DNA from: Tepidisphaera sp.
GTDB taxonomy: Bacteria > Planctomycetota > Phycisphaerae > Phycisphaerales > UBA1924
Length of the DNA stretch: 64,000 bases
NCBI GenBank assembly: GCA_050916045.1
Contig: CP051526.1
Location: forward strand, 3,104,001-3,168,000
Direction: 5' to 3'
The notes below the pieces were generated by a model. The model was not told the origin of the DNA, did not search any database, and was given only the letters and a program-made list of their open reading frames with translations. Each line of letters starts with the position of its first letter. Position 1 is the first letter of the stretch. Both the position numbers and the translations under genes were made by a program. This document shows, one piece after another, positions 9,217 to 19,490 of this stretch.

Positions 9217-12200
9217 TCAGTCCTGCGTAATCGCTTCGTGAAGGTTCATCATGCTGCTCGCGAGCATGGTCCACGCCGCAAGCTCGGCCGCGGCAAGGTC
9301 CTTGGGCTTCTCCGCCACGCCAACCTTGAGCAAGGCTTCGGCTTCCGCGGGCGCGTCGGCGTATCGCTTGCGGAAGTCCGCCAGCGCCGCCGCGATCGCG
9401 GCCATCTCACGCTCGCTGGGCATGCGCGCCGTCCACCGACGGAACATGGTCGTCAGCCGCGAAGCGTCATCCCCCGGCGTGGTCAGCGTCCGCTGCGCAA
9501 GCACCCGCGCCGCTTCCACAAACTGCTCATCGTTCCAAAGCACCAGCGCCTGAAGCGGCGTGTTCGTGCTCGGACGGCCGACCGTGCACATCTCGCGCGT
9601 CGGCGCGTCAAACGTCAGCATCGACGGCGACGGCGCCGCCCGCTTCCAGTACGTGTACAAGCTGCGGCGGTACAGGTCCTCACCCATGCCCCGCTCGAAG
9701 ATCCGCGTGTTGGACTGCGGCATCGCGACCTCCGTCCAGATCCCCTCGGGCTGGTACGGCTTCACCGAAGGCCCGCCCATCTTCTCCGCAAGCAGCCCCG
9801 CGTTGAAGAGAGCCATGTCGCGGATCTGCTCCGCACCAAGCCGCCGCCGCGGATAGAACGCAAGCAACCGATTCTCCGGGTCCGTCTCCGCAAGGTCCTT
9901 GCGAACGATCGAAGCTTGCTTGTACGTCGCGCTCGTCACCATCAGACGCAGCACATGCCGCACGTTCCACCCGGACTCGCGGAACTCAACCGCGAGCCAG
10001 TCGAGCAGCTCCGGATGGCTCGGCCAATCCCCCTGGAACCCGAAATCATCCGTCGTCCGCACCAACCCCTTGCCGAACACCATCTCCCACATCCGGTTCA
10101 CCGTGACGCGAGCGAAAAGCGGGTTCTCCGCACCCGTCATCCACTTCGAGAGGCCCAAGCGATCCGCAGGGGCACCCTCCGGCAGCTTGCCAAGGAACGC
10201 GGGGACGCGTCGCGTAACGGGGCGGTTCTTGTCCGGCTGGTCATAGGCGCCGCGAGAGAGAACGAACGTCTCGCGCGGCTTGGGAAGCTCCTTCATCACC
10301 ATCGTCTTGGGAGCCGCGGCGTCCAGAGCTTTCTTCTCCGCGTCGATCGCGTCCAGACGCGCCGCACGCTCGCGGTACGCCGGAAGCGACGTCTCACGCC
10401 ATGCCCGGTCCAGGCGAGCGGCAAGCTCCGGTGACCGCGCGGTTTCCGAAAGAATCGCCGCCGTCATGTCGCTCGTGAGCGCGTCGGCCGAACCGGGCCG
10501 GTCCGTCGCCGTCCAGAACGCACCGCCCGGCCCGCCGGTGTTCGCAATCTTGAGCACGACCGCATTCCGGCCGGGCTTGACCTCGATGGTCGCGTTGTCA
10601 CGGCCCTGGTCGATGCCGCGCTCGACAAACCGCGCCGCCGCTTCCTTCGTGTTGACGTAGATCTTCCACGCGTCATCGCTCCCAAGCGTCACATCAAGCG
10701 TGCGGGCGGTCGGCGCGTAAACATACCGGCCGAAATACTCCGCAAGCCGGCCCGCCGGCGTGTTCCGGATCATCCCGTCGTTGAACGTGATGTCGAACGC
10801 CCAGCGAAGCTCGTTCTTCGGCCCCCAAGTCTTCCCAAACGCCAGCGCATCGGGCGCGACGCCCTCGGTCGCCATCTCCGGCCCCAGCGCCGGCTCGTAG
10901 ACGCGGTTCTCCTTGTCGCCGGGGAACGACCCCGCGTAGTACCAGCGGCTCTTCGCGACGGGAAGGCGGGCAATCCCGCTCTCATTGATCGTCCCAAGGT
11001 CCAAGCGGACCTTGGCCAGCGTGTGCTCGGTGTACGTCGACGTCTGCTCGATCGTCACCGTCACCGTCGAACCACCCTCGAACCCGAACGGCTCCTCAGA
11101 CAAAAGCAACGCGACGCGGGAACCCGGCTTGTCGTGACCCTCCAGCGCCCAGCCCGCGTTCGCCGGCCTGCCGCCGTCGATGATGTTCACGACGTCGTAG
11201 TCGCCGTTCTGCTGCGAGTGATCCGCCCACGCCCAGACGAACCGCACGTTCTGCTTCTTCGACGGGTCGGCCAGACTGGTGACCTCGGCTTTCACCTGCG
11301 AAACCACCGCGTTGCCGTTGGGAGCCCGCCCGACCTTGCCGTTCTCCGCCAGCAGCGCTTCAAGCGAAAGCAACCGAAGCCCAACCTTCTGCGTCGCGAG
11401 GTCCACGCTGTACGTCACCATCGGCGCATTCGGGCCGTTCGCCGTGATCGAACGATCGGCCGCGGCCGTCAGCGTCACGCCGTTGTCCGCGCGGGCCTGC
11501 TTCACCTGCGGAGCTACCCACTCCACGCCCGACTTCGAAGCCACCTCGCCCAGGAACGCACGGTACTGCGATTCCTCCTCGGGCGTCCGCTCCGAAATCG
11601 ACTCGCGAAGCTTCTTCGCTTCCTCAACCAGCTCCGCGATCTTCGACTTCTGCGCCGCCGTCGGCACCACGATGAACGGCTCGAACGCCCGCTTGGGGTC
11701 GGCTTCCTGCGAATAAAGCCCCGGCTCCTCGATCGAATTGAAGAACGCGTACAGGCTGAAGAAATCCTCCGCCGTCACCGGGTCAAACTTGTGGTCGTGG
11801 CACCGCGCGCACCCCACCGTCAGCCCCAGCATCACCGACCCCACCGTGCTCGTGCGGTCCACCGCGTACTCGACGAGATACTCCTCCGCGATCGCGCCGC
11901 CCTCGTCGGTCGTGACGTGGTTGCGGTTAAACCCGCTCGCGATCTTCTGCTCGACCGTCGCCCCGGGGATCAGGTCCCCCGCAAGCTGCTCGGTGACGAA
12001 CCGGTCGTACGGCATGTTCGACCGGTACGCTTCAAGCACCCAGTCGCGCCAAAGCCACATCTGCCGCCCCGCATCCATATGGATGCCGTTCGTGTCCGCG
12101 TACCGCGACTGATCCATCCACGGCGCGGCCATCCGCTCCGCATACCGCGTGATGTACGGCTCCTGCGTCAAAAGCTTGTCCACCAGCCGCTCATACGCGT

Positions 12201-12918
12201 CCGGCGCCGTGTCCGCAAGAAACGCATCCAGCTCCTCCGGCGTCGGCGGCAAGCCCGTCAGCTCAAGAAACACGCGGCGGGCAAGCGTCGCCGCGTCCGC
12301 CTCCGGGCTCGGTGCCACGCCGCGACCTTCCAGCTTGGCAAGCACGAACCGATCGACCGCATTCTTCGTCCAGCCGTTGTTCTTCACGGTCGGCTCGGCG
12401 GGCCGGACGGGCGTCTCAAACGCCCAGTGCTTCTCGTACTTCGCGCCCGACTCGATCCACGCCCGGATGATCTCGCGCTCGGCTTCGCTGAGCGGCTTCT
12501 TCCCGCTGTCCGGCGGGGGCATCACCAGCGAAGCGTTCGCCGACGTGATCCGATTCCAGACTTCGCTCTTGCCCACCTCGCCGGGAACGATCGCCGCGCC
12601 CCCATCGCGGGCGTGCGTCGCATCCTCAAACTGGTCCAGCCGCAACCCCGCCGCCCGCGTCGCCGAGTCAAACCCGTGGCACTTGAAGCACCGGTCCGAC
12701 AGGATCGGCCGCACATCCCGCCCGAACACAACCTCCTGCCCGCTCGCGGTCCGGATGACTTCGGCACCCGCTCCCACCGGCCGCCCCGCGGCTTCGGCGA
12801 GCATGGCTTCCATCCCCGCGCCCTCCCGATCACGGGAAGCCCCCGCAAGGACAAACACGCCGCTCCCGGCGGCCAGCACGAGGCAGGGCAGGATCAGGTT
12901 CCGTCGGGGTCGTCGCAT
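9217..12918 (-). CDS. PSD1/PSCyt2 (DUF1549/DUF1553) planctomycete cytochrome c domain protein
   Basis: CFKCH and [11 protein letters not shown] heme motifs; [24 protein letters not shown]. The track's 14085 start is a spurious extension. Confidence 0.92.
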   Translation of the reverse strand: MRRPRRNLILPCLVLAAGSGVFVLAGASRDREGAGMEAMLAEAAGRPVGAGAEVIRTASGQEVVFGRDVRPILSDRCFKCHGFDSATRAAGLRLDQFEDATHARDGGAAIVPGEVGKSEVWNRITSANASLVMPPPDSGKKPLSEAEREIIRAWIESGAKYEKHWAFETPVRPAEPTVKNNGWTKNAVDRFVLAKLEGRGVAPSPEADAATLARRVFLELTGLPPTPEELDAFLADTAPDAYERLVDKLLTQEPYITRYAERMAAPWMDQSRYADTNGIHMDAGRQMWLWRDWVLEAYRSNMPYDRFVTEQLAGDLIPGATVEQKIASGFNRNHVTTDEGGAIAEEYLVEYAVDRTSTVGSVMLGLTVGCARCHDHKFDPVTAEDFFSLYAFFNSIEEPGLYSQEADPKRAFEPFIVVPTAAQKSKIAELVEEAKKLRESISERTPEEESQYRAFLGEVASKSGVEWVAPQVKQARADNGVTLTAAADRSITANGPNAPMVTYSVDLATQKVGLRLLSLEALLAENGKVGRAPNGNAVVSQVKAEVTSLADPSKKQNVRFVWAWADHSQQNGDYDVVNIIDGGRPANAGWALEGHDKPGSRVALLLSEEPFGFEGGSTVTVTIEQTSTYTEHTLAKVRLDLGTINESGIARLPVAKSRWYYAGSFPGDKENRVYEPALGPEMATEGVAPDALAFGKTWGPKNELRWAFDITFNDGMIRNTPAGRLAEYFGRYVYAPTARTLDVTLGSDDAWKIYVNTKEAAARFVERGIDQGRDNATIEVKPGRNAVVLKIANTGGPGGAFWTATDRPGSADALTSDMTAAILSETARSPELAARLDRAWRETSLPAYRERAARLDAIDAEKKALDAAAPKTMVMKELPKPRETFVLSRGAYDQPDKNRPVTRRVPAFLGKLPEGAPADRLGLSKWMTGAENPLFARVTVNRMWEMVFGKGLVRTTDDFGFQGDWPSHPELLDWLAVEFRESGWNVRHVLRLMVTSATYKQASIVRKDLAETDPENRLLAFYPRRRLGAEQIRDMALFNAGLLAEKMGGPSVKPYQPEGIWTEVAMPQSNTRIFERGMGEDLYRRSLYTYWKRAAPSPSMLTFDAPTREMCTVGRPSTNTPLQALVLWNDEQFVEAARVLAQRTLTTPGDDASRLTTMFRRWTARMPSEREMAAIAAALADFRKRYADAPAEAEALLKVGVAEKPKDLAAAELAAWTMLASSMMNLHEAITQD

Positions 12919-13041
12919 GCCGCCAGCATACACGATCCCGGGAGATTTCAAGCGCCCAAAGCCGCCCCCCACCCCTCCACGCACCCGGCGGTATGATCCC
13001 CTTCCACAAACCACCCAAAGGACCTCCAGAGGAACCCGCCC

Positions 13042-14166
13042 ATGGCCAAACAGCCCGCCGCTTCCGCCACCAACACCGACCTTCTCAAGCGTCTCTGCGA
13101 GACCCCCGGCGTCCCAGGCCGCGAAGAACGCGTGCGGGCCCTGATCGCCACCGAAATCAAAGGCCTCTTCGACTCCGTCGAGACCGACTCCATGGGCAAC
13201 CTCATCTGCCGCCGAGCCCCCCGCCCCGGCAAGAAGCACAAAGGCCAGAAATCCGCCGAGCCCCGCGCCCTGGCCGAGAAACGCGCCACCCGCGTCATGC
13301 TCCTCTGCCACATGGATGAGATCGGCTTCTACGTCTCCGCCATCGACGACAAGGGCAACATCTGGGTCAACCCCGCGGGCGGCTTCGACACGCGGAACCT
13401 CTTCTCCCGCCGCGTCACCGTCGTCACCGAGCATGGCGACTTCGCCGGCGTGATGAACCCCGGCGGCCGCCCGATCCACATCTCTTCCGCCAAGGACCGC
13501 GAGAAGGTCCCCGAGGTCAAGGAGTTCTTCATCGACCTGGGCCTCCCCGCCGCGGATGTCAAGAAGAACGTCCAGATCGGCGACTACGTCGTCATGAACG
13601 AGCCCGCCCTCCACTTGGGCAACAAGTTCGTCTCCAAAGCCCTCGACAACCGCGTCGCCTGCTGGCTCGGCATCGAGTCCCTCCGCCGCCTCATCGACAA
13701 GCATGACGGCGAGCATAATTGTGAAATCGTCGTCGCCTTTACTACTCAAGAAGAGGTTGGCCTCCGCGGCGCGAAGACCGCGAGCCACGCCGTCCTCCCC
13801 GACATCGGCTTTGGCATCGATGTCACCCTCGCCTGCGATGGCCCCGGCGTCCCCTCCGAAGAAGCCGTGACCAAGCACGGCCTTGGCTTCGGCCTGCACA
13901 TCAAGGATGGCTCCTTCATCTCCGACTACAACCTCGTCAAGGAAGTCGAAGCCGTCGCGAAGAAGCACAAGATCCCCTACCAACGCACCATCCTCGCCGC
14001 CGGCGGCCAGGACGGCGCAGCGGCCCAACAAGCCGCCGCCGGCGCCCGCGCCGTCGGCGTGGTGGTCGGCACCCGCTACATCCACACCGTCACCGAAATG
14101 ATCGACCTCACCGACCTCAACGCGGCGCGTGACGTCCTTGCGGCGTATATGGCGGGGGTGGCGTAA
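13042..14166 (+). CDS. M42 family metallo-aminopeptidase
   Basis: HMDEIG, ALDNR, QEEVGLRGA, RYIH metal-binding motifs. Confidence 0.92.
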   Translation: MAKQPAASATNTDLLKRLCETPGVPGREERVRALIATEIKGLFDSVETDSMGNLICRRAPRPGKKHKGQKSAEPRALAEKRATRVMLLCHMDEIGFYVSAIDDKGNIWVNPAGGFDTRNLFSRRVTVVTEHGDFAGVMNPGGRPIHISSAKDREKVPEVKEFFIDLGLPAADVKKNVQIGDYVVMNEPALHLGNKFVSKALDNRVACWLGIESLRRLIDKHDGEHNCEIVVAFTTQEEVGLRGAKTASHAVLPDIGFGIDVTLACDGPGVPSEEAVTKHGLGFGLHIKDGSFISDYNLVKEVEAVAKKHKIPYQRTILAAGGQDGAAAQQAAAGARAVGVVVGTRYIHTVTEMIDLTDLNAARDVLAAYMAGVA

Positions 14167-14249
14167 GGGCTTGGCAACCCGGCCGGCATACCGTCGCCGT
14201 AGACATCGGCTGACCTACGAGTAGTCCGAGACCGTTGAGATGAAACACG

Positions 14250-15269
14250 ATGAGAGTGGTATCAAATCCCGAGATCAAGCCCGACGTCGGGGGAGGTCCA
14301 AAGGCGGACTCGTTTGCATCCCTATACCACGATCTTGTTGGCTCTCTTGACCTCGACGACGTCATACCAAAGCTGGCCAAGGACCCGAAATCAACACGCC
14401 GGATTGAGGCGGTCGTTCAGGAGCAACCAACCAGTCACCAGTTGATCCTTGGCGATGCTCGAACGGCGACGGCGTTGCCGAAGAACTCGATCCATCTCGT
14501 CGTGACATCACCGCCTTACTGGAACCTCAAGCGGTACAACCAACACGACGCCCAGCTCGGGCATGTCGATGACTACGACACGTTCATTGACGGACTCGAC
14601 ACCGTTTGGAAAAACTGCTACGAGGCTCTTGTCCCCGGCGGCAGGTTGGTCATCAACGTTGGGGACGTGTGCCTCTCACGGAAGAAGAACAACGGCCGAC
14701 ATACCGTGGTCCCGTTGCACGCGACGATTCAAGAGCATTGCAAGCGGATCGGGTACGACAACCTCTCGCCGATCATCTGGCACAAGATCTCCAACGCGAG
14801 CTACGAGGCTGAGGGCGGCGGCGGGGGCTTTCTTGGAAAGCCGTACGAACCCAACGCAGTGATCAAGAACGACATCGAGTTCATCCTGATGCAGCGCAAG
14901 CCCGGTGGATATCGCAGCCCAACCAAGAAAGAACGGCTGTTGAGTATTGTGCCCTCGACGAACTACCAGTTGTGGTTCCGTCAGATCTGGAACGATCTGA
15001 CTGGGGCCTCGACGGGCAAACACCCCGCGCCGTACCCTGCCGAACTTGCAGAGCGGCTCATCCGCATGTTCTCGTTCGTAGGCGATACCGTGCTCGACCC
15101 GTTCATGGGAACCGGGAGTACGAACGTCGCGGCCGCGCGGTGGGGACGGCACAGCATCGGCACCGAGATCGATCCCTCATACCTCGACATGGCGAGACGC
15201 CGAATGAGCGAGTTTGACAAGGATCTGTACTTCCGTGCCACGGTCAAGACGACGGGCGGGAAGCAATGA
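14250..15269 (+). CDS. Beta-class amino-(probably N4-cytosine) DNA methyltransferase
   Basis: TSPPY (motif IV) precedes DPFMGTGS (motif I); HPAPYP. Confidence 0.92.
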   Translation: MRVVSNPEIKPDVGGGPKADSFASLYHDLVGSLDLDDVIPKLAKDPKSTRRIEAVVQEQPTSHQLILGDARTATALPKNSIHLVVTSPPYWNLKRYNQHDAQLGHVDDYDTFIDGLDTVWKNCYEALVPGGRLVINVGDVCLSRKKNNGRHTVVPLHATIQEHCKRIGYDNLSPIIWHKISNASYEAEGGGGGFLGKPYEPNAVIKNDIEFILMQRKPGGYRSPTKKERLLSIVPSTNYQLWFRQIWNDLTGASTGKHPAPYPAELAERLIRMFSFVGDTVLDPFMGTGSTNVAAARWGRHSIGTEIDPSYLDMARRRMSEFDKDLYFRATVKTTGGKQ

Positions 15270-16009
15270 GCGGGCTGGATGAGCGGCTTGTCGATCGAGC
15301 GAAGTCGAGGGTGCGCGATGCGGTCCGGCACTTTTGGACGACGCGATCGGGCCAGTCGCTCCGTCAGGGTGCAGGGGGGGATGCGGATCGTGGGGCACGA
15401 TCGGCGGTCACGGGTGGACGGCAGATGGATGAGTTCGTCGCGCTCGTGTCAGAAATGCTCATCCACATCGGTGTCCCGCCTGAGTCGATCTTTGTGTCGA
15501 GGGGCCTCGAACTTCCGGGATGGTTCCGGGCAGAGAAGAAATGGGACCTTGTCGTCGTTCACAGCGGGGAACTCCTGGCCTGCGCGGAGTTCAAGTCGCA
15601 CGTGGGACCGTCGTTTGGCAACAATTTCAACAACCGAACGGAGGAAGCGCTGGGCAGCGCGACGGACCTGTGGGCCGCGTACCGAGAAGGATCGTTCAAG
15701 CCAGCGGCTCGCCCATGGGTCGGATATCTGATGCTGCTCGAGGATTCTGAAGGATCCTCGAACCCGGTGAGCGTCAAGGAGCCGCACTTCAAGGTCTTTC
15801 CGGAGTACCGCGGGGCTTCATATCGCCAACGCTACGAACACTTGATTCTGAAATTGGTACGGGACAGGCTGTACGACAGCGCGTGCCTTTTGCTCTCGCA
15901 AGCACAAACCGGAATCAAGGGAGTATACACGGAGCCCAACGAGGAACTCGCGTTCGATCGGTTTCTGATGTCGCTGCTCGGACAAGTCCTTTCCAAGATT
16001 TCCCGTTGA
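15266..16009 (+). CDS. PaeR7I/XhoI family type II restriction endonuclease
   Basis: ELPG.FR..K.WD, EFKS, SFGNNFNNRTEEALG signature; ATGA overlap with the MTase. Confidence 0.88.
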   Translation: MSGLDERLVDRAKSRVRDAVRHFWTTRSGQSLRQGAGGDADRGARSAVTGGRQMDEFVALVSEMLIHIGVPPESIFVSRGLELPGWFRAEKKWDLVVVHSGELLACAEFKSHVGPSFGNNFNNRTEEALGSATDLWAAYREGSFKPAARPWVGYLMLLEDSEGSSNPVSVKEPHFKVFPEYRGASYRQRYEHLILKLVRDRLYDSACLLLSQAQTGIKGVYTEPNEELAFDRFLMSLLGQVLSKISR

Positions 16010-16343
16010 TTTACGATTCTCGCAGCCGTGCTTTCAAAGGGTAAGCACGGACCTGACGGATTCCTGCGTTAACAGATGCTCGCGGCGTCTTTGCCGTAGA
16101 GGATGCTCCACAGGCGCGTGCTTTTGTTCCGTCGGCAGCGAGAAAAACTCCATCTCGCCCGCGCTGCGGGGTTTTTTCCGCGGGTGAAACTCCGGAGGGA
16201 CGGCTCTTTGCTCCATCACGGGCGGGTGATGGGGTTTCGCGGGCGGGTGATGGTGTTTTTCCGCGAGGAGAAACTCTTTCGGCGGGGGGGGGGGAGTTCT
16301 TTGGGAGGGCCGAGAAGTCGGGGGGAGGGTGACTCCAAACTTC

Positions 16344-16371
16344 AAATCTGAAATCTGAAATCGAAAATCAG
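16344..16371. repeat. Tandem heptamer repeat (AAATCTG-like) x4
   Basis: aaatctg aaatctg aaatcga aaatcag. Confidence 0.8.
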
Positions 16372-16524
16372 ACATTCATGTCTCCGCGCCTCAAGTCACC
16401 CCCGCGCCCCGTCGATGCACCATTGGGGGGGGGGCGCGGGCTGCAATGGGCCGCCCGCATTCAACACAGCCTTCGTGCCCTCTGGTGTGTGTGGGGGGGT
16501 GTGGGGGTTTGGAGCGCAGCGACC

Positions 16525-17235
16525 ATGGGCAACATTCCTGACAAGCGGCTTGAACAGATCGTCTGGTTCGAGAACCACGTGCCCCTCTGGTCGGGATCGC
16601 CAGCAACCTTCGGCGTCACCGCGCCGATGGTCCTGGCGGTGGACAACGCCACCAAAGCCGCACGCACCGCGTACACCAACGCCGTCAACGCGCGGCAGGC
16701 CTCCAAGAACGCGACGGTCGCCCTCGGCGAGCAAGCCGGGACGATGCTGGACGGCGGACGCGATCTCGTGGGGGTCATCAAGGCCTTCATCGAGAACAGC
16801 AACAACCCCGCGCTCTGGTCGCAGGCCGGGCTCGAGCCCCCCGCGCCCCCCGGGCCCCCGCCCGTGCCCACCGCGCCGTACCAGATGAGCGGCACGCTCG
16901 ACAGCATCGGCAACGTCATCGTCCGCTGGAAGACCAGCCAGCCCGCCGGGGTCTTCGGCGTCATCTATAGCGTGTCGCGGTCGATCGATGGGGGTGAGTT
17001 TGTCCTGCTCGACAGCGTGGGCGAGAAGGAATACATCGACGAGGCCGTCCCCGAGGGGACGCGGAGCGTCTCGTATGTCGTCCGGAGCAAACGCGGCAAG
17101 CAGTTCAGCACCCCCAGCGAGAGTTTGACGCTCCGCTTCGGCAGGGCGGGGGGCGGCGGGGGTGGGGGCTTCACCATCGTGAGCCAGACGATCGGCAAGG
17201 CCGGGGGCAAGGCTGGCGGCAAGCTGGCGGCGTAA
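16525..17235 (+). CDS. Hypothetical protein: helical N-terminal domain, Pro linker, fibronectin type III-like C-terminal domain
   Basis: P.AP...V.VRW...YSVSR...Y.D...SY.VRS.R pattern typical of FN3; Gly-rich tail ending KLAA. Confidence 0.7.
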   Translation: MGNIPDKRLEQIVWFENHVPLWSGSPATFGVTAPMVLAVDNATKAARTAYTNAVNARQASKNATVALGEQAGTMLDGGRDLVGVIKAFIENSNNPALWSQAGLEPPAPPGPPPVPTAPYQMSGTLDSIGNVIVRWKTSQPAGVFGVIYSVSRSIDGGEFVLLDSVGEKEYIDEAVPEGTRSVSYVVRSKRGKQFSTPSESLTLRFGRAGGGGGGGFTIVSQTIGKAGGKAGGKLAA

Positions 17236-17268
17236 AGACACGCAGCGCCATCAAATCGCAGGAACTCG

Positions 17269-17298
17269 ACAGGGAAAGGCGCCCGCGCCTTTCCCTGT
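17269..17298 (+). terminator. Probable terminator hairpin
   Basis: 13 bp perfect stem acagggaaaggcg/cgcctttccctgt followed by T-rich heptamers. Confidence 0.6.
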
Positions 17299-17345
17299 TC
17301 GTTGTTGGGCGTTCGCCGTTCGCCCTTCCCGACTACCTTCCCCCC

Positions 17346-18104
17346 ATGTCCTTCCTCTCCGACCTCATCCTCACCGCCGTCTGCCTCTCCCTCGTCTTTG
17401 GAAGCATGGCCTTCGGCATCGCCCGCGGCCGCCGCGTGAAAGCCGAATCCAAGCCCGAGCACGAGCATCTGGGCACCATCCAGAGCGCCCTGCTCGGGCT
17501 CCTCGCCCTGCTGCTGGGGTTCGCCTTCGCCGGGGCGATGGACCGCTTCGTCGATCGGCAGGACGCCCTCGCCCGGGAGGCCAACGCCATCGGCACCGCC
17601 TACGACCGCGCCGGGCTCAGCGCCGCCCCGGAAGCCCTCCGCGGCCACCTCCGCGACTACGTCGCCATCCGCCTTGAGCTCTTCCGCGAACGCCGCGAAG
17701 CCAAAGCCCGCGAGATCATCCACCGCCTCGACCAACGCTACGGCCTCCTGCTTCAGCAAACGCTGAACGCAAGCGAAAGCACCCCCGCCCTCGCCAACCT
17801 TCTCGTCACCGGCGTGGAAGCCGTCGACAATGAGCTTTCCGCTCGAAACGCCCTCGATCGCCGCCACCTCCCGCTCGAGTTCATCGTCATCATGATCGTC
17901 GCGTCGTGCGTCGCGATGGGCACCGTCGGGTTCGGCGTCGGCATCGCCGAGCGGCGCTCCGTCGGCGCCGCCTACGCCCTCGCGGGGCTCGTGGGCGTCA
18001 CCCTGTGCATGACGCTCGACTTTGACCGGCCCGGTCAGGGCCTGATCCAGATCGACCCCGCGCCGCTTTACGAGCTCGCGGAGAAGGTCGGCGCGAAGCC
18101 CTGA
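17346..18104 (+). CDS. DUF4239/bestrophin-like membrane protein
   Basis: LLALLLGFAF, EANAIGTAY.RA, LDFDRP..GLI motifs. Confidence 0.8.
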   Translation: MSFLSDLILTAVCLSLVFGSMAFGIARGRRVKAESKPEHEHLGTIQSALLGLLALLLGFAFAGAMDRFVDRQDALAREANAIGTAYDRAGLSAAPEALRGHLRDYVAIRLELFRERREAKAREIIHRLDQRYGLLLQQTLNASESTPALANLLVTGVEAVDNELSARNALDRRHLPLEFIVIMIVASCVAMGTVGFGVGIAERRSVGAAYALAGLVGVTLCMTLDFDRPGQGLIQIDPAPLYELAEKVGAKP

Positions 18105-18140
18105 TCGCCCGACGCACCCGTCCCGCTCCTACCTTCCCGG

Positions 18141-19490
18141 ATGCCCCCGCCCCCCACCACGCCGAACCTCTCCGGCAGCCGCGTCACCGTCATGGGCTTG
18201 GGCGGCTTCGGCGGCGGTGTCGGCGTCACGCGGTGGCTTGCGTCGCAGGGCGCGACCGTCCTCGTCACCGACGGCAAGCCCGCGGACAAGCTCGCTTCCT
18301 CGATCGCGGCTCTCGAAGACCTCACCCGCTCGGGCGCGGTGACCCTGCGTCTGGGCGAGCACCGCGAGTCCGACTTCGCGGCCGGCCCCGTCGGGACCGG
18401 GCCCGACCTCATCGTCGTCAACCCAGCCGTTCCCACGCCGTGGAACAACCCGTATCTGCAGACCGCGGAAGCCGCGGGCGTGCCGCTGACCACCGAGATC
18501 GGCCTCGCGATCGCCACGCTCCCCCGGCGCGACCGCATCATTGCGATCACCGGCTCGGTCGGCAAGTCAACCACGAGCGCGATGATCCACCACGCCCTCA
18601 CCGGCCTGGGTGAGCACGTGATCTTCGGCGGCAACATCGGCGGCTCTCTGCTGGGCGGAAGGATCTCGGCGGAGACGTGGGTGGTTCTCGAGCTTTCGAG
18701 CTTCATGCTCCACTGGCTGGGCCGCGAGCGGTTCGCGCCCAAGGTCGGCGTCGTGACGAATCTCTCGGCCAACCACCTCGACTGGCATGTCACGCTCGAC
18801 CACTACCGAGAGAGCAAGCACAACCTCATCGCCCACCAGCACGCCGGCGACACCGCCATCCTCGGCGAAGCGAGCGTCGCCGACTGGCCCACGCCGCCGG
18901 GCGTCCAGCGCGTCCTCATCACGCCCGCCGACGGCGTCGCGGGGCTCGCGGTTCCCGGCCGTCACAACGCTCACAACGCGGCGGTCGCGACCGCGGCGGT
19001 CCGCGCGGCGATCCCCGGCGCCGACCCGGCGAAGATCCACGCGGCGCTCCGGACGTTCCCGGGCTTGTCGCACCGGTTGCAGCGCGTGGGTGTGTTCAAG
19101 GGCGTCGTCTGCTTCAACGACAGCAAGTCAACGACGCCGGAATCGACGCTTCTCGCTCTGGAAGCGATGCGTGAGGTGGGCCTCGCGCGGGTTCATCTCA
19201 TCGCGGGCGGGTACGACAAGGGTTCGGACCTCTCCCCGGTCGCGAAGATGGCGGGCGAGCTGGCGGGCTTGTACACGGTCGGGCAGACGGGCCCGGCGCT
19301 GGATGCGGCTTCGAGCGGCCGGAGCACGCCGTGCGGCACCGTCGAAGCCGCCGTCGCGGCCGCGTTCGGTCGCGCCAAGCCCGGCGATGTGCTTCTGCTC
19401 TCGCCCGCGTGCGCCTCGTGGGGGCAGTTCGAGAACTTCGAGAAGCGGGGCGAGCTCTTCGAACGCCTCGTGCGGGAGCAGGGATCATGA
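18141..19490 (+). CDS. murD: UDP-N-acetylmuramoyl-L-alanine:D-glutamate ligase
   Basis: GLG..GGG, ITGSVGKST, LELSSF, HLDWH, NDSKST, LLSPACASW.QF.NF..RG. Confidence 0.93.
   Translation: MPPPPTTPNLSGSRVTVMGLGGFGGGVGVTRWLASQGATVLVTDGKPADKLASSIAALEDLTRSGAVTLRLGEHRESDFAAGPVGTGPDLIVVNPAVPTPWNNPYLQTAEAAGVPLTTEIGLAIATLPRRDRIIAITGSVGKSTTSAMIHHALTGLGEHVIFGGNIGGSLLGGRISAETWVVLELSSFMLHWLGRERFAPKVGVVTNLSANHLDWHVTLDHYRESKHNLIAHQHAGDTAILGEASVADWPTPPGVQRVLITPADGVAGLAVPGRHNAHNAAVATAAVRAAIPGADPAKIHAALRTFPGLSHRLQRVGVFKGVVCFNDSKSTTPESTLLALEAMREVGLARVHLIAGGYDKGSDLSPVAKMAGELAGLYTVGQTGPALDAASSGRSTPCGTVEAAVAAAFGRAKPGDVLLLSPACASWGQFENFEKRGELFERLVREQGS

Noticed and set aside
12919..14085. Apparent 1622 aa ORF extending the PSD1 gene
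   Set aside because: The extension is the antisense shadow of the M42 peptidase; the real start is 12918 (TATGCT 6 nt upstream, signal-like N-terminus)
14196..16100. gccgtaga on both sides of the R-M pair as a target-site duplication
   Set aside because: Only 8 bp, plausible by chance, and no recombinase or terminal inverted repeats
16100..16380. Possible CRISPR array
   Set aside because: Repeats are short, degenerate and 7-periodic with no unique spacers; no cas genes in the window
16378..16524. N-terminal extension of the FN3-like ORF from 16378
   Set aside because: Low-complexity G-run sequence; ATG 16525 with an upstream GGAG is a better start
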